From the UHGV virus genome UHGV-1378608: a stretch of DNA of 39,780 nt. The stretch is one strand, 5' to 3'. Origin of the DNA: a virus. Numbering within the stretch: position 1 is the stretch's first letter; each line of letters opens with the position of its first letter. Of the stretch, positions 7,919-18,525 are shown piece by piece. The notes beneath the pieces are model-generated. The model worked only from the letters and a program-made list of their open reading frames with translations. It was not told the DNA's origin and ran no database searches. The translations under genes and the position numbers were made by a program.

Positions 7919-9721
7919 TTAACCTCTCAAGAAACACGCCACAGCAACATCAAACAGGCTGGAATCCTGTATTGCCTGCTCACTTTCCCTGTTCGCTTCA
8001 TCCAGTACTTCACGCGCACTGCGCGATTGTGGATTACCATCATCATCCAGCACGGTGATTATCATGTCCGGAGATTCAAGCAGCGAGTCTTCAGCTATAC
8101 GCAGATCAATATCTCCTGCCGGATCTGCCATCATTTTTTGTTCTGTCTGTTGCAATATCTTACCGGGCTCAAAAGGAGCTACTTCGTCTGGCGTCCTGAC
8201 CTCTGCTGTTTTATAGAATGAAACAGCCTGAGCATTAAGTTCACTTTCTGCCTGCTGTCGTCGTGCCAGTTCTGCTCGAGCTTCAAAAAACTGACCGCCA
8301 GGCTCATGCGGTGCCAACGCGTTACGGGAAAATTCCAGGCGCTCTTGTGCCTGCCGGATTCGTTGGTCAATATCGCGAAGTCTGACCTGTTTATCTGATC
8401 GAGCACGAGACAAAGCTTTACCGCTACCGTTTGGCTCTTCTGCAAGAATTTGTGCGCGCTGTTCAGTGAGATTTTCAATAATTCGTTGGCTATTAGCGAT
8501 TTCAGACTGGTAAACCTGTCTATCGCCACGCGGCAAAAGCTGCGCGGCCTGTTCTTCAAGCAACCGATTTTCTATAGCGCGCGCCGTTACTCCATCATCT
8601 ACAGATGACAGAGCCTCATTAACTGCCTGAGACAGCAGACTCTTGCGCCCAGGAATTTCACTGAAAGATGCAGACTCAACAATGCTGGCAACGTCTACAG
8701 GTCTCCCCTCGCTAACATCAGACATAGCTTTTCTCAGAGCCTGAATGTGAGAATTGCGCGAAAGCACGTTGATCGGCACGCCGGGCGCAATATCAATTTC
8801 AGCATGATGAGCGGCATTCGCCGCCAGTGCAGCATCAACATCAACTGGTGAAAAATTTGCTGCGTTTGTAGACTCGCCGCGAGAGTTAATAAATCTGCCG
8901 ACACCACCAAACGCCACCCCAAGAACAGCATCAATAGCAATTGCCTGTCGATCCAACACATCATACTGGTTAGCCATTTCGCTATAGCCACCATCACGAA
9001 GCGTTTTTGCAGTAAGCCCACGCTGTGCCATACCGAACGCAATATTTGTACCTGCGGCATAGGCAATATCTGGCGTTGCACGTACTGCTGTTGCTGCGGC
9101 GCGTCGCACTGAACTCTCACCCGTCCGCGCAAGCTGAGCCGCCACACCTTCCGCCAGCGCACCACCAGCACGTAACCCGAGGCTCATAGGGATCAGTGTT
9201 CCGGCACCAGCAGTAATGCCCTGCACTAATCCCGCTTCCTGCGCCGTCCTGAAATCAACACCCTGTGCTGTCAGCCGTTCAAACTCAGAAAAACCCTGTA
9301 GCGAAGTTACCGCCGCTGCACCTCCGACAGGACCACCGAGCGTTGTACCGACAACAGCCTGCCCGCCCATATCGAACAACCCATAAAGAACCTGCCCGGC
9401 GGTTCCGGTTGTCGCGGCATCAGGCGTCAGCTGCTTAACCTGCTGCTCTGCTAGTTTTCTCTGCTCGGCAATGTATGAAACTGAAGTGTCATTGAGCGAG
9501 GTGTTTTCGTTAACAAACTGAGCAATCGGGGATACGATTTTATCCATCCCTGCCCAGAGCAACTGATCTGGCTTTGCCACCAGCCCGGAGTACAAACCAG
9601 ACAATGCCGCTCCTACAGCATTGTCGAAAAAACCAACATCGCTGTTAAAACCAGCTGGATTTGATGCTGCTTCGTCAAGCTGCTGATTCTGGTTTACTGG
9701 ATTAAGGCCAAAGTAACTCAT
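7919..9721 (-). CDS. Internal virion protein (600 aa), Ala/Gly-rich
   Basis: Position in core-protein run; long Ala/Gly-rich segments and a charged coiled-coil region. Confidence 0.5.
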   Translation of the reverse strand: MSYFGLNPVNQNQQLDEAASNPAGFNSDVGFFDNAVGAALSGLYSGLVAKPDQLLWAGMDKIVSPIAQFVNENTSLNDTSVSYIAEQRKLAEQQVKQLTPDAATTGTAGQVLYGLFDMGGQAVVGTTLGGPVGGAAAVTSLQGFSEFERLTAQGVDFRTAQEAGLVQGITAGAGTLIPMSLGLRAGGALAEGVAAQLARTGESSVRRAAATAVRATPDIAYAAGTNIAFGMAQRGLTAKTLRDGGYSEMANQYDVLDRQAIAIDAVLGVAFGGVGRFINSRGESTNAANFSPVDVDAALAANAAHHAEIDIAPGVPINVLSRNSHIQALRKAMSDVSEGRPVDVASIVESASFSEIPGRKSLLSQAVNEALSSVDDGVTARAIENRLLEEQAAQLLPRGDRQVYQSEIANSQRIIENLTEQRAQILAEEPNGSGKALSRARSDKQVRLRDIDQRIRQAQERLEFSRNALAPHEPGGQFFEARAELARRQQAESELNAQAVSFYKTAEVRTPDEVAPFEPGKILQQTEQKMMADPAGDIDLRIAEDSLLESPDMIITVLDDDGNPQSRSAREVLDEANRESEQAIQDSSLFDVAVACFLRG

Positions 9722-12231
9722 TGCGGAATATCTCCGGAGAATCTCTGACGCTTCTGTGTCAGATCAAGAACAACGGGAGAACCATCATCTTTTAGCAGAT
9801 AACCAGTACCAAGTTTCACCAGGTACTGACTATCGCCGTAACTTTGCAAACCATACTGACCAGGCGGTGTTTTTATCCCTGTGCCAACAACTTGTTCATT
9901 CCAAGCCTGATTAACCTGCTTATCGAATTGCTCTGCAGACATTCCCCACGGCAAAAGAACATTCCCCATTCCGTTATAGTCATGCACGCCACCTGTAGCT
10001 ACGTTAACAGCCTGTTTCCAGATATCATTGTCAATTTCGCCTGATACCACGCCTTTTTTCGCCATCACACCAGCGTAATAGTCCTTTGCGATCTCGTATG
10101 CCATTGATGCCCCCTGAGCATCACCAGCAAATGCATCCTTCACCATGTCAGAAAACTCAAGGCGAAGATCAGCATCTTTAGGCATCGGAATACCTTTCGC
10201 GTCATCAGTACCTTTACGAGCCGCCGCGCCAGCAAGAATTGTCTGCGCAGCGGTTTCAGGAGACACGGAAACATCCGGATTAAACCAGTTTTTTTCTGCC
10301 AAAATACCACCTGGCTTATCCATCAGTATCCCGGCAACGGCAGCAGATGGAGCGTTGGCACTGATCTGCTGTAGTGCTGACATATACACCTGCCCACCAC
10401 CAGTGCTCTGCCTGATGGTATCGAGATATGCTGCCTGTTGGGAAACGGGCGCATCACGAAAGAAAACACCGATCTGATTGGCCTCGTCTTTGGAAAAGAA
10501 CGTCAGTGGAGTGCCATATGACTTAGCAAGGTCACTGACCTGAGCAGCACGCAAGGCAACGCTCTGTCCAAAGTTATCCTTATTGCTCATGTCGATAGGC
10601 TTTGCCTGTCCGGCGGCAAGAGAGAACTGTACAGGATCAGCCTGTCGCTGCTTTATCACCTGACTTGCAGCCGACACAACGTTGTCATAAAGAGCGGCTC
10701 GTGCCGCATAACCCTCCCCTGTCTCACCAGTATCCGGGCGTAATTGCTCAACATATGCTGTAATGCTGCTTGTCGGCATGTTGCGGAAAGAGCCTATATA
10801 CTGTCCGGCGATTTGCGTATTTCTGAACTCGGTATATCGCAGGTTTCCTTCTCTGACTCCATAAGCTGCAATAAAATCAGCCTCACCAGGTGGGTTAGGA
10901 AATTCAACGCCACGCATATACGCAGCTGTCGCATCGCGAACCTGGCTGTCAATCATCGTTTTATATTCAGCCTGCTGCTGCCGACGCAGTTGATCCGCCT
11001 GTCGCATAAAACTTGCCTGCGCCTCAGAAGATGCCGCATCGAATGCTGCATTACCGGTATAGCGTTTGGTGTTGGTTGGAATTGTTGATAAACCAAGTGC
11101 TGCACTGACACCAGCAGTTAACTGCTGATCACTGTATGGCTGGCTACCGTTCTCATGATGGATAATGGCTGCACAAAGCGCCTTCAGGGTATCAGGATTA
11201 GATGCATCGAGAGGCTCATCAGCAGAAACGCCAAGTTGTTCGCACACTGCTTTGATATACGACATAGTGTCATTTTTATCAGTAGGCGGTGCCCAGCGAT
11301 TAATTATCTCGCTGACGGTATCGATACCCTGCCGCTGATACGACATCAGGTTACGCCCTAATGCACGAATCCCGTGCTCAGGTGTTTCGAATTTAGCAAA
11401 TCGACCATCATCACCGGTCTGGCCTACCCACGGATTAGTTTTGCTGTATTCGAGATTTCCTGGGTTATTGTTGCGTATGCCACGGGCACGCTCGGAAGAG
11501 TCACTATCTGCTACAGCACGGCGAGCTCCAGCAGCAATATCACTTAACTCGCCATTACTTTGGATGAATGCGGTCGCATTGTTTGCCGACCACTGGGACA
11601 ATGCGGCATCAGCAACCTTCTCTTTAAACTCGATTTTCTTGGCCTGTATTTGCTCGTCGCTCCAGCCATGCGCAATGCCATAATCCTCAATTTGCTGGAA
11701 AGTTTGCTTATTAGCCAATACGTATGCGGCGTTGTCGCCATACAATGCTGCGGCATTTTTACCATTGTTCAGCAGCGTCGCCTGAAACTGGCCTTCTTCG
11801 TAGGCATTTATTTGCCCTATCTCGTGCCGCCCGGCCTGCATAGTGAACTGAATACGCTGCTGCTGCGCCTGCTGCATGAAAGCATTACGAGCCTGTTCAT
11901 CCGGCAGCGACATAGCCAGTTGTTCGACCTGAGCATCAAACTGCTGCGTATACTCATGGCCTTTTCCAATAGCATTTTTCCCTTTCAGGTTAAGCAATCC
12001 TGTTTCAGGATTATTCAGCAGATCGCTGCTTATCTGACTGAGGTTAAGAGATGCCTCCTGAGCCAGAGCGATATTGGCACGCTGTTTTGCCTGCCCCAAA
12101 ACATCAATTGCCTCTGTCCCTGCCCGAACAAAAGCATCACCAATACCTTGCTGAGAAAACGTCTGCAAGCCTGCTGACTGAACTCCACGACTCTCAACCT
12201 GACGTCCGGATACTGTTGGTACGACTGGCAT
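9718..12231 (-). CDS. Internal virion protein (about 837 aa), possibly with a cell-wall-interacting domain
   Basis: ORF 9718-12306 with likely true start at Met 12231 (ATGA overlap with upstream gene); contains motif GIRNNNPGNL...RWAPP that I tentatively recall from virion-associated proteins, not verified. Confidence 0.5.
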   Translation of the reverse strand: MPVVPTVSGRQVESRGVQSAGLQTFSQQGIGDAFVRAGTEAIDVLGQAKQRANIALAQEASLNLSQISSDLLNNPETGLLNLKGKNAIGKGHEYTQQFDAQVEQLAMSLPDEQARNAFMQQAQQQRIQFTMQAGRHEIGQINAYEEGQFQATLLNNGKNAAALYGDNAAYVLANKQTFQQIEDYGIAHGWSDEQIQAKKIEFKEKVADAALSQWSANNATAFIQSNGELSDIAAGARRAVADSDSSERARGIRNNNPGNLEYSKTNPWVGQTGDDGRFAKFETPEHGIRALGRNLMSYQRQGIDTVSEIINRWAPPTDKNDTMSYIKAVCEQLGVSADEPLDASNPDTLKALCAAIIHHENGSQPYSDQQLTAGVSAALGLSTIPTNTKRYTGNAAFDAASSEAQASFMRQADQLRRQQQAEYKTMIDSQVRDATAAYMRGVEFPNPPGEADFIAAYGVREGNLRYTEFRNTQIAGQYIGSFRNMPTSSITAYVEQLRPDTGETGEGYAARAALYDNVVSAASQVIKQRQADPVQFSLAAGQAKPIDMSNKDNFGQSVALRAAQVSDLAKSYGTPLTFFSKDEANQIGVFFRDAPVSQQAAYLDTIRQSTGGGQVYMSALQQISANAPSAAVAGILMDKPGGILAEKNWFNPDVSVSPETAAQTILAGAAARKGTDDAKGIPMPKDADLRLEFSDMVKDAFAGDAQGASMAYEIAKDYYAGVMAKKGVVSGEIDNDIWKQAVNVATGGVHDYNGMGNVLLPWGMSAEQFDKQVNQAWNEQVVGTGIKTPPGQYGLQSYGDSQYLVKLGTGYLLKDDGSPVVLDLTQKRQRFSGDIPQ

Positions 12232-12776
12232 TATAATCCTCCGGGTAATCTGGTTCCTGCTGCTGCCACGATTGGCGCAGGAGTGCTTTGAGTAAACGGA
12301 CTCCACGTCCCACCAAACATCTGGTACGCACCGTATGCCTTCAGAGGCGCAGTGAGCAATGTTGTTGCTGCTCCCACATTCCCCTGTTTACGGGCTGAAC
12401 TGGCTTCTGCTTTATAGTTGGCAGCCTGAACCTGATAACCGTAAGCCTCGCGTTGCGCGTTATTCACCGTCGTCAGCGAATCAAGAGCGCCAAACTGAGC
12501 AGTGTCACCAAATATATCCAGCGCATTACCGGTAGATAAATCAGCGCCGGTAGCCCCCATTGTCGCCGCCTGTGTACCAAGCCGCTGTCGAGTCTCTCTG
12601 CGCCGTTGCTCAGCTTCAGCGTTACCCCTGTTTATTGCATCATTTGCCTGAGCTGTGGCTATATCTGCGTTCGCTTCTGCAGCCGTCGAGGCATACTTTC
12701 CCTGTTGGTACTGGGTGTATGCCTGAATGCCACTCATGGCGAGCATTGCGCCACCAGCAATAACCGGATCGCACAT
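12231..12776 (-). CDS. Internal virion protein (181 aa), Ala-rich
   Basis: Size and position analogous to small internal core protein of T7-like structural modules. Confidence 0.45.
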   Translation of the reverse strand: MCDPVIAGGAMLAMSGIQAYTQYQQGKYASTAAEANADIATAQANDAINRGNAEAEQRRRETRQRLGTQAATMGATGADLSTGNALDIFGDTAQFGALDSLTTVNNAQREAYGYQVQAANYKAEASSARKQGNVGAATTLLTAPLKAYGAYQMFGGTWSPFTQSTPAPIVAAAGTRLPGGL

Positions 12777-13240
12777 TATTTTCTCTCCATGTGAAATCTG
12801 TGGAAATTAAGACCAAGTGCACCATAAGGCGCGGCTTCTTCAAGCCTGAATCCAAGCCAGTGCAGCCATGCTTTGGCAACATGGTTTCGCTCATCGACAT
12901 AGTTTTCCAGGCGCGGATAAACTGCCAGCATCTGCTGCAATACAGGGCGGCAGTGGCGCAGAAATGTCTTCTGATATTTTTCAATACGGCTGGTCCCGAC
13001 CAGCCAGGGCGTACCATTGCCACCGATCATTGACGCCGGAGATACGCCAAACATGGTTGCCAGTTCTCCGTTCGCGAACCCTGACCAGGCCATAGTCGCA
13101 GTGCGCAGACCAACACGCAGCGCATCTTCGGTAGTCATCAGCGATACCGCATACAGTTCGTCAATATCAGCCTGACGAACATCCGGCAAAATCATCTGAA
13201 GATGCTCTTCGGTAGCGGGAATAATTTGAACGTCGATCAT
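12776..13240 (-). CDS. Hypothetical virion protein (154 aa)
   Basis: Translationally coupled (ATGA overlaps) within the structural operon. Confidence 0.45.
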   Translation of the reverse strand: MIDVQIIPATEEHLQMILPDVRQADIDELYAVSLMTTEDALRVGLRTATMAWSGFANGELATMFGVSPASMIGGNGTPWLVGTSRIEKYQKTFLRHCRPVLQQMLAVYPRLENYVDERNHVAKAWLHWLGFRLEEAAPYGALGLNFHRFHMERK

Positions 13241-15711
13241 CAGAATCCCCCAACAGTAAGGCGAGGAATAACGGCAAGAACAGACAGCGGCAACGGGTCA
13301 AGCTGACGGATTTTTACACGTCCGTTTTTGCCCCAGTTACTGTCAAGTTTCACTTCTACTTTTCCGGTAGCATCATCAACAGGATCATCGTAGAACTCGA
13401 ATTCACGCTGTGGATATTCGTACCATTTACCGCCGGGCGTAGTCGCCCAGATGCCGCGACTGGCATTCACAACCAGAGTAACGGACGGGTTCACCTGTTT
13501 TTTGTCCAGCAGCGTTTCCTGTCCGTTAATGTTGATATCCAGTGTTTCGAATTCAGCAGTTATTGGCAGGCCGATGTGCACTACAGCCCCCGGAGATTCC
13601 AGCGTGACGGCACCTCCGGAAACCACTTTCTGTGGTTCCACGTTCGCATCAGAGAGAATGTTTACGGTCTGGCCTTCAAGATGAGACAGGCCTCCAAATG
13701 TCCGGCGCGCCATCTGCCAGTTCGTGGTGGCCACATTCCTGAGGGATGGCGGGACGTTCCTGTTGGCACGAACCACTACAGCGGTATTGCTGGTTACAGA
13801 AATAATGTCGCAACGTAATTCTTTTGACACTTCATCGCCAGTATCAGGAACAGTTCCGGTATAAGGGAACTGTAGTTGCGCGCCGACATCACTACTGGTG
13901 AAGTACGCACCACCAGAAACACTGATTGTATATTCCGCACGGTAATCCCATTCACCAGAACCACCAGTGATGGTCATCGTTCTGTCAGACGTATTTCTTC
14001 CATCATAGCTAAGGCCAGAATCAACAAAGAAAGCATCTTCATCGCTGGTAAATAAACGGCTGGACAGTCTCTCGATGTATCTCACTGTTTTCCCGTTAAC
14101 GGTTCGGTTAACGACGAAATACACCGCATCTTCATTGCCTTCGCTGATACTGCATGTGCTTTCATATTTTCCGGTACTGGATTGTGGTGCCCATGCAAAA
14201 ACCTGCTGATCACGCAAATAGGTCATCACCAGTAATTTACCGTCATCACGAATGCAGAAGGCGCTGGAGTAAGGGACAATCGAGAAGCACCAGTCAACAA
14301 TGCTGTGCTTCTGAAAAAGATGATTGGCAAGGATGGTCAGGTCGTTCCCCTGATAGCCGTCAACATCGAATGAGTAGGCCAGATCACGGACAACACTGCC
14401 TTTCTCCTGGACGAACAGAGCAATATTCGCCACGGCAATTGGTGGGACATTGCTCGAGCCATTTGATCCCTGAGAGCTGAATGCAAATGATGATGGGGTA
14501 AGCACTTTGTTCTGGTCGCCAGTGATGACGTACTCACCTCCGGAAGTCAGCGCCACCAGCGAACCAACATCAATCAGGTGACGGATCTCATTAACCTGAC
14601 GCCCGGCATAGGTGTAGATAATTCTGTCGTCATCCTGCGTAGGATTGCTTTTGCCAAAATCCTTATAATCCCCGGTACGGCTGGCCCAGATAGTCTGAGG
14701 GAACGCAGTCGATGCGGCGAAGTAAAGGCGTTGTTGATAATAAACAACAGTGCCAGGATAACCGTTAATACTGTTCCAGGCATATTTAGCCCATTTATAG
14801 CTGGCATTATCCTCGCCAACTACCTGCGAAGGGATATAGGAAATCACCTCGGCAGTTGCAGTAGTTCCATTTGCAGCAGAGATACGGGCAATGCCAAAAC
14901 CACTGTGCAGATACTCCCACTCAATGCCGGTATCATCATCACCGGATCCGCCCCAGCCATCCCATGATGTGCCTTCTGTATGCGAAGGGCGCAAAGTGCC
15001 TGTTTTGCCTGCTGTAACGGCGCGATAGTAGTTACTGTCTGCACGGCGAATATCGCCAATCGACGTACTCTTACTGGTTTCCCATACCGGCACAGAATCC
15101 ACTGCAGGCTGTTCCAGATAGAACAATTTGCCTACCTGCTCCGCGCCAAAAATTGAGGCGCTTGCCGTTAACGTAATTGTCCCGGTGCTGGCGCTGGCAT
15201 AAACCGTCACTGACTCGTCAATATTGATATCTTCAAATGGCCCGTTCTTCGTTACCACATCAACCAGTTGCCAGTTGTCATGCGCATAGCGGCGCAACTC
15301 TTTCGGCGGGTATGCCGGGTGAACCAGCGTAAGCACGTCTGCGCTTTGCGTGAATTTAATTCGGAACAGATCGGCTTCAGTATATGGCGTGGCAATTTCA
15401 TAAATAACATTGCTGCTGTTCAGCACCAACGCACCATCTTTGATAACGCGCATGTACTGGTGTCCGAACTCCAGAGCGTAGGTCTGAACCGTCGAGAACT
15501 GGAACGGGATCAGGCGGCATTTCCGATTTGGGTATTTGGCGGCACCGACAAAACGCGTACCAGGTCGATTCTCAACGCCGCCATACTGCCGCACGATAAA
15601 GTTATCGCACTTGCGCAATGCCACCTGGTACTTCGCCATGTCGATACGACCGTACAACGACGGTCCAATCTCACCACCGGCAAAGCTGGGCTGGATCCAA
15701 CTGATAGCCAT
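13240..15711 (-). CDS. Tail tubular protein B-like (nozzle), 823 aa
   Basis: Size (about 800 aa) and position immediately after a roughly 200-aa protein mirrors the podovirus gp11/gp12 pair. Confidence 0.5.
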   Translation of the reverse strand: MAISWIQPSFAGGEIGPSLYGRIDMAKYQVALRKCDNFIVRQYGGVENRPGTRFVGAAKYPNRKCRLIPFQFSTVQTYALEFGHQYMRVIKDGALVLNSSNVIYEIATPYTEADLFRIKFTQSADVLTLVHPAYPPKELRRYAHDNWQLVDVVTKNGPFEDINIDESVTVYASASTGTITLTASASIFGAEQVGKLFYLEQPAVDSVPVWETSKSTSIGDIRRADSNYYRAVTAGKTGTLRPSHTEGTSWDGWGGSGDDDTGIEWEYLHSGFGIARISAANGTTATAEVISYIPSQVVGEDNASYKWAKYAWNSINGYPGTVVYYQQRLYFAASTAFPQTIWASRTGDYKDFGKSNPTQDDDRIIYTYAGRQVNEIRHLIDVGSLVALTSGGEYVITGDQNKVLTPSSFAFSSQGSNGSSNVPPIAVANIALFVQEKGSVVRDLAYSFDVDGYQGNDLTILANHLFQKHSIVDWCFSIVPYSSAFCIRDDGKLLVMTYLRDQQVFAWAPQSSTGKYESTCSISEGNEDAVYFVVNRTVNGKTVRYIERLSSRLFTSDEDAFFVDSGLSYDGRNTSDRTMTITGGSGEWDYRAEYTISVSGGAYFTSSDVGAQLQFPYTGTVPDTGDEVSKELRCDIISVTSNTAVVVRANRNVPPSLRNVATTNWQMARRTFGGLSHLEGQTVNILSDANVEPQKVVSGGAVTLESPGAVVHIGLPITAEFETLDININGQETLLDKKQVNPSVTLVVNASRGIWATTPGGKWYEYPQREFEFYDDPVDDATGKVEVKLDSNWGKNGRVKIRQLDPLPLSVLAVIPRLTVGGF

Positions 15712-16316
15712 CAGGACAACCTCGCAATGGTAAACTCGTCAACCGGTGGCTGTGGTTCCTGTGATTCATTCTGGCTATGCGAGCCAGCACTAAGAATCAC
15801 GCGATTGTACATATTGAGGGCAAACGTACCGAGGTCTGCATTCCCAGTCAGCGCCATGTTAATAGCTGCCGCAAGACGCCAGGCCAACGCCTCCATAAAA
15901 ATGGCATCAAACATGTTCACATCTGAAACGCGAGAGACATACTTGAGCCATGCCTGCGGCTGGTCTGTGTAGATCAACTTTCCTGTTCCGTTGGTGTCTG
16001 CACCAACTTCGTACTGAACGCGCATTGCTGCTGTTGGATTGCGTACACCAGGAAGCATAATTTCAGTAATGCGCAGACAATCGGACGGGTACTGGTACGC
16101 ATATTCCCAGTCAGGCGGTGGATTGCTCGTATCTGCAAGCGCCACGCGTTTGGTAGCAAAGTTCCAGTCAAAATCAGAAAGCACAGCATCACGGCAGGCC
16201 TCAAAGTGCAGCGAACATTCCCCCGCTTCCTTGCTGGCTTCCGTCAGGCTGTTAATGCTGCGGCTGTTGCCAATATTGGACAGCGCACGATTGCAGATCT
16301 CTACTACAGAGGCCAT
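15711..16316 (-). CDS. Tail tubular protein A-like (adaptor), 201 aa
   Basis: Size and synteny with the following 823-aa gene. Confidence 0.45.
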   Translation of the reverse strand: MASVVEICNRALSNIGNSRSINSLTEASKEAGECSLHFEACRDAVLSDFDWNFATKRVALADTSNPPPDWEYAYQYPSDCLRITEIMLPGVRNPTAAMRVQYEVGADTNGTGKLIYTDQPQAWLKYVSRVSDVNMFDAIFMEALAWRLAAAINMALTGNADLGTFALNMYNRVILSAGSHSQNESQEPQPPVDEFTIARLS

Positions 16317-16645
16317 TACTCACCCCCATTGCCGTACAGAGTTTCAGCCGCTGATTTTTCTACATCACCGGAAACAGGAGCGATTGCCATATCAGTGATC
16401 TGCAGATCGGCGCTGCGATTAACGCCATCGTCAGTTTCTCTGGCAGACAGGCCTCGAATAACAGCCTTTGCAGTTATCATCACTTCTGTTCCGACGCCCT
16501 GAGGTTGCGCCTTCAGCTTATTCAATGTGTCGTTATTCAGCGTGATGCACAGCCCCCATGGGTATTCATCGCGAGTTCTGGTTTCTCCGCTCTCATCCTG
16601 GTAGCTGTCAGTGCCGGTTTTGAGGTTTACGAGTTCCATATACAC
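16316..16645 (-). CDS. Hypothetical head-tail joining protein (109 aa)
   Basis: Coupled ORF within the structural operon between capsid-associated and tail tubular genes. Confidence 0.4.
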   Translation of the reverse strand: MYMELVNLKTGTDSYQDESGETRTRDEYPWGLCITLNNDTLNKLKAQPQGVGTEVMITAKAVIRGLSARETDDGVNRSADLQITDMAIAPVSGDVEKSAAETLYGNGGE

Positions 16646-16689
16646 TCCTGCAATAAAGGGGCCGAAGCCCCTTGTCTGATTCGCGAGGC

Positions 16690-17034
16690 TTACACGCCCA
16701 GTTCTTTACGCTTATCTGCGATCTTCTCGCGGAGCGTTTCAGCTTTGGCGTTATGGTGTGGCTTCTCGTTAAAGAGCAATTCGTACTCTTCACGGAGCTT
16801 ATCCAGTTCACCATCATCTGACACATCGTTGATGATTTTGGTGCTGGTTGCTGCCATTGACACCTTTCCTGCAACTTTTGCTTTTGCCTGTCTGGCTGCA
16901 TCGTTAACAGGTTCCAGTGCGCTACCAGGCTCACCTTCGTATTCGATTTCTGCCCCCTCCGGCCACAGAGTGTTATGGATATGAGAGAGGCGCAGAACGC
17001 GGTATCTTGGTTTCTCACCTGACATCGATATCAC
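16690..17034 (-). CDS. Hypothetical structural protein (about 110 aa)
   Basis: ORF in structural operon; likely true start at internal Met (MSGEKPRYRV). Confidence 0.4.
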   Translation of the reverse strand: MISMSGEKPRYRVLRLSHIHNTLWPEGAEIEYEGEPGSALEPVNDAARQAKAKVAGKVSMAATSTKIINDVSDDGELDKLREEYELLFNEKPHHNAKAETLREKIADKRKELGV

Positions 17035-17035
17035 C

Positions 17036-17473
17036 TTAACCAGTTACTTTTGAGCGGATCGGATACGGCGTATTGGCATCAACATCAAGACTGATACCAG
17101 CAGTGAATTCGCCAGCCGTTAGTGGGCCAGTTGCGACGGAGTAGTTAACACGCAGATATCGCTGAACACCGGCAGGCACCTTTGCAGAAACAACTCGTTT
17201 ACCTGCTGTCAGGGCGGTCTTTGCCAGTGCGCCACTATCATAAATAGTGGTCCATGAGCTGTTATCCTCACTCGTCTGCAACTGGATGTTTACAGTTGCA
17301 TCACCGCTTGCCGCGGCGGCTGTGTTAACCAGCGCCCAAAACTCAAGCGGGTAACCCACGCCGATATCACGACGTTTTCCGTCAATTGGACCGAGATCGA
17401 TTACGTCAGTAGAAGCCGCGGTATTCGTAACCGCCTGAGCTTCGGAGAACATCAACAGTTTGTCGGTGATCAT
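17036..17473 (-). CDS. Putative capsid decoration/accessory protein (145 aa)
   Basis: Small beta-rich protein directly downstream of major capsid gene. Confidence 0.45.
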   Translation of the reverse strand: MITDKLLMFSEAQAVTNTAASTDVIDLGPIDGKRRDIGVGYPLEFWALVNTAAAASGDATVNIQLQTSEDNSSWTTIYDSGALAKTALTAGKRVVSAKVPAGVQRYLRVNYSVATGPLTAGEFTAGISLDVDANTPYPIRSKVTG

Positions 17474-17524
17474 CTTCTTTCTCCATTAGTGGGTCTGTTA
17501 CGACCCACAGGTTAATAACAGGCG

Positions 17525-18517
17525 TTACACCACACGGGCTTCTGTTTCCAGAAGCGCATCAGTCTCACGGATTGGTACACCACGGAATGAAGTCCACCAC
17601 TCGCCTTCTGTCTCTTTTACGCTGATCGCCAGAGATGTTTTCTCCAGAGATTGCAGATCAAGAGCCTGGCCTACAGTGCGGTTCATGTAGAACACCGGGC
17701 GGCCCATGCCACGGTTTGGAATGCGATGCAGTGCTTTAACCATCAACTTCGCAATATTTGCTGCAGAGGAAGGTTCTGAAAGATTGCTGACATCGATGTT
17801 TGCAATGCGAACAACATAACGCCAGTCACGCAGAGCAAGCCCGTTGTCCCATTTGTAATGGGTACGGTAGCCTTCGTACTTGCCGCCATTCGCATCTTCC
17901 AGTGTCACCTGGCCTTTATCTTCCATCTGGATGCCAGCCTTCTGCCCTTTCGGGAAGATGCCATGCACGGTGTTTTCGCCCCACACCACTAACCAGATTG
18001 AGGTGTTATCTGTACCCGTGCCACCAGCATCAATGATGTTCTGAGCATTACCCGCAGACAGGCTGGAATAGCGGGAGGACAGTCCCATAAACTGCTGAGG
18101 GTTAACGCTGGAATCACCATAAAACAGCGTCTGCGCCATCTGCTGATTCATCGCTTCAATAAATGCGCGGTCTTCAGACAGGCGGAATTCGGCGGTATTG
18201 CCGTTCAGATCAGCCAGTGACTTATCGACTTCAGCATAGGTTTCCAGCATGCCAACGGAATCGGTTACCTGCACTGTGGTTGATTTGCTTGGCTGTACGC
18301 CATAGTTCAGCAAACGCCAGGTAGCTGAAGGTAAACCAGAACGAATGGTGGTTCGGTGTCCGGTAGGAAGGTTCCCTTCGACAAAAGGCATATCCTGAAG
18401 GATCGGGTTAGTTTGACCGAGAAGCTCGATAATCTTATCGACTTTCCCGTTTGGATCGACGCGCTTACCCCAGTCAGCCAGCGTTAGCGCAGTTAAGCCT
18501 TTAACAGCCATTGTCAT
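17525..18517 (-). CDS. Major capsid protein (HK97-fold type), 330 aa
   Basis: Size, composition and position after the scaffold gene. Confidence 0.7.
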   Translation of the reverse strand: MTMAVKGLTALTLADWGKRVDPNGKVDKIIELLGQTNPILQDMPFVEGNLPTGHRTTIRSGLPSATWRLLNYGVQPSKSTTVQVTDSVGMLETYAEVDKSLADLNGNTAEFRLSEDRAFIEAMNQQMAQTLFYGDSSVNPQQFMGLSSRYSSLSAGNAQNIIDAGGTGTDNTSIWLVVWGENTVHGIFPKGQKAGIQMEDKGQVTLEDANGGKYEGYRTHYKWDNGLALRDWRYVVRIANIDVSNLSEPSSAANIAKLMVKALHRIPNRGMGRPVFYMNRTVGQALDLQSLEKTSLAISVKETEGEWWTSFRGVPIRETDALLETEARVV

Positions 18518-18525
18518 TTCCTCTC

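Noticed and set aside
8179-9171. ORFs 8179-8559 and 8734-9171 (minus) nested inside the 600-aa virion gene
   Set aside because: Alternate-frame ORFs inside a long well-supported gene; Leu/Arg/Gln-rich translations typical of out-of-frame readings of GC-rich coding DNA.
11560-12177. ORF 11560-12177 (plus, 205 aa) and other plus-strand ORFs across 6229-20380
   Set aside because: All are antisense to long collinear structural genes with coupled start/stop overlaps; no RBS or promoter evidence; treated as shadow ORFs.
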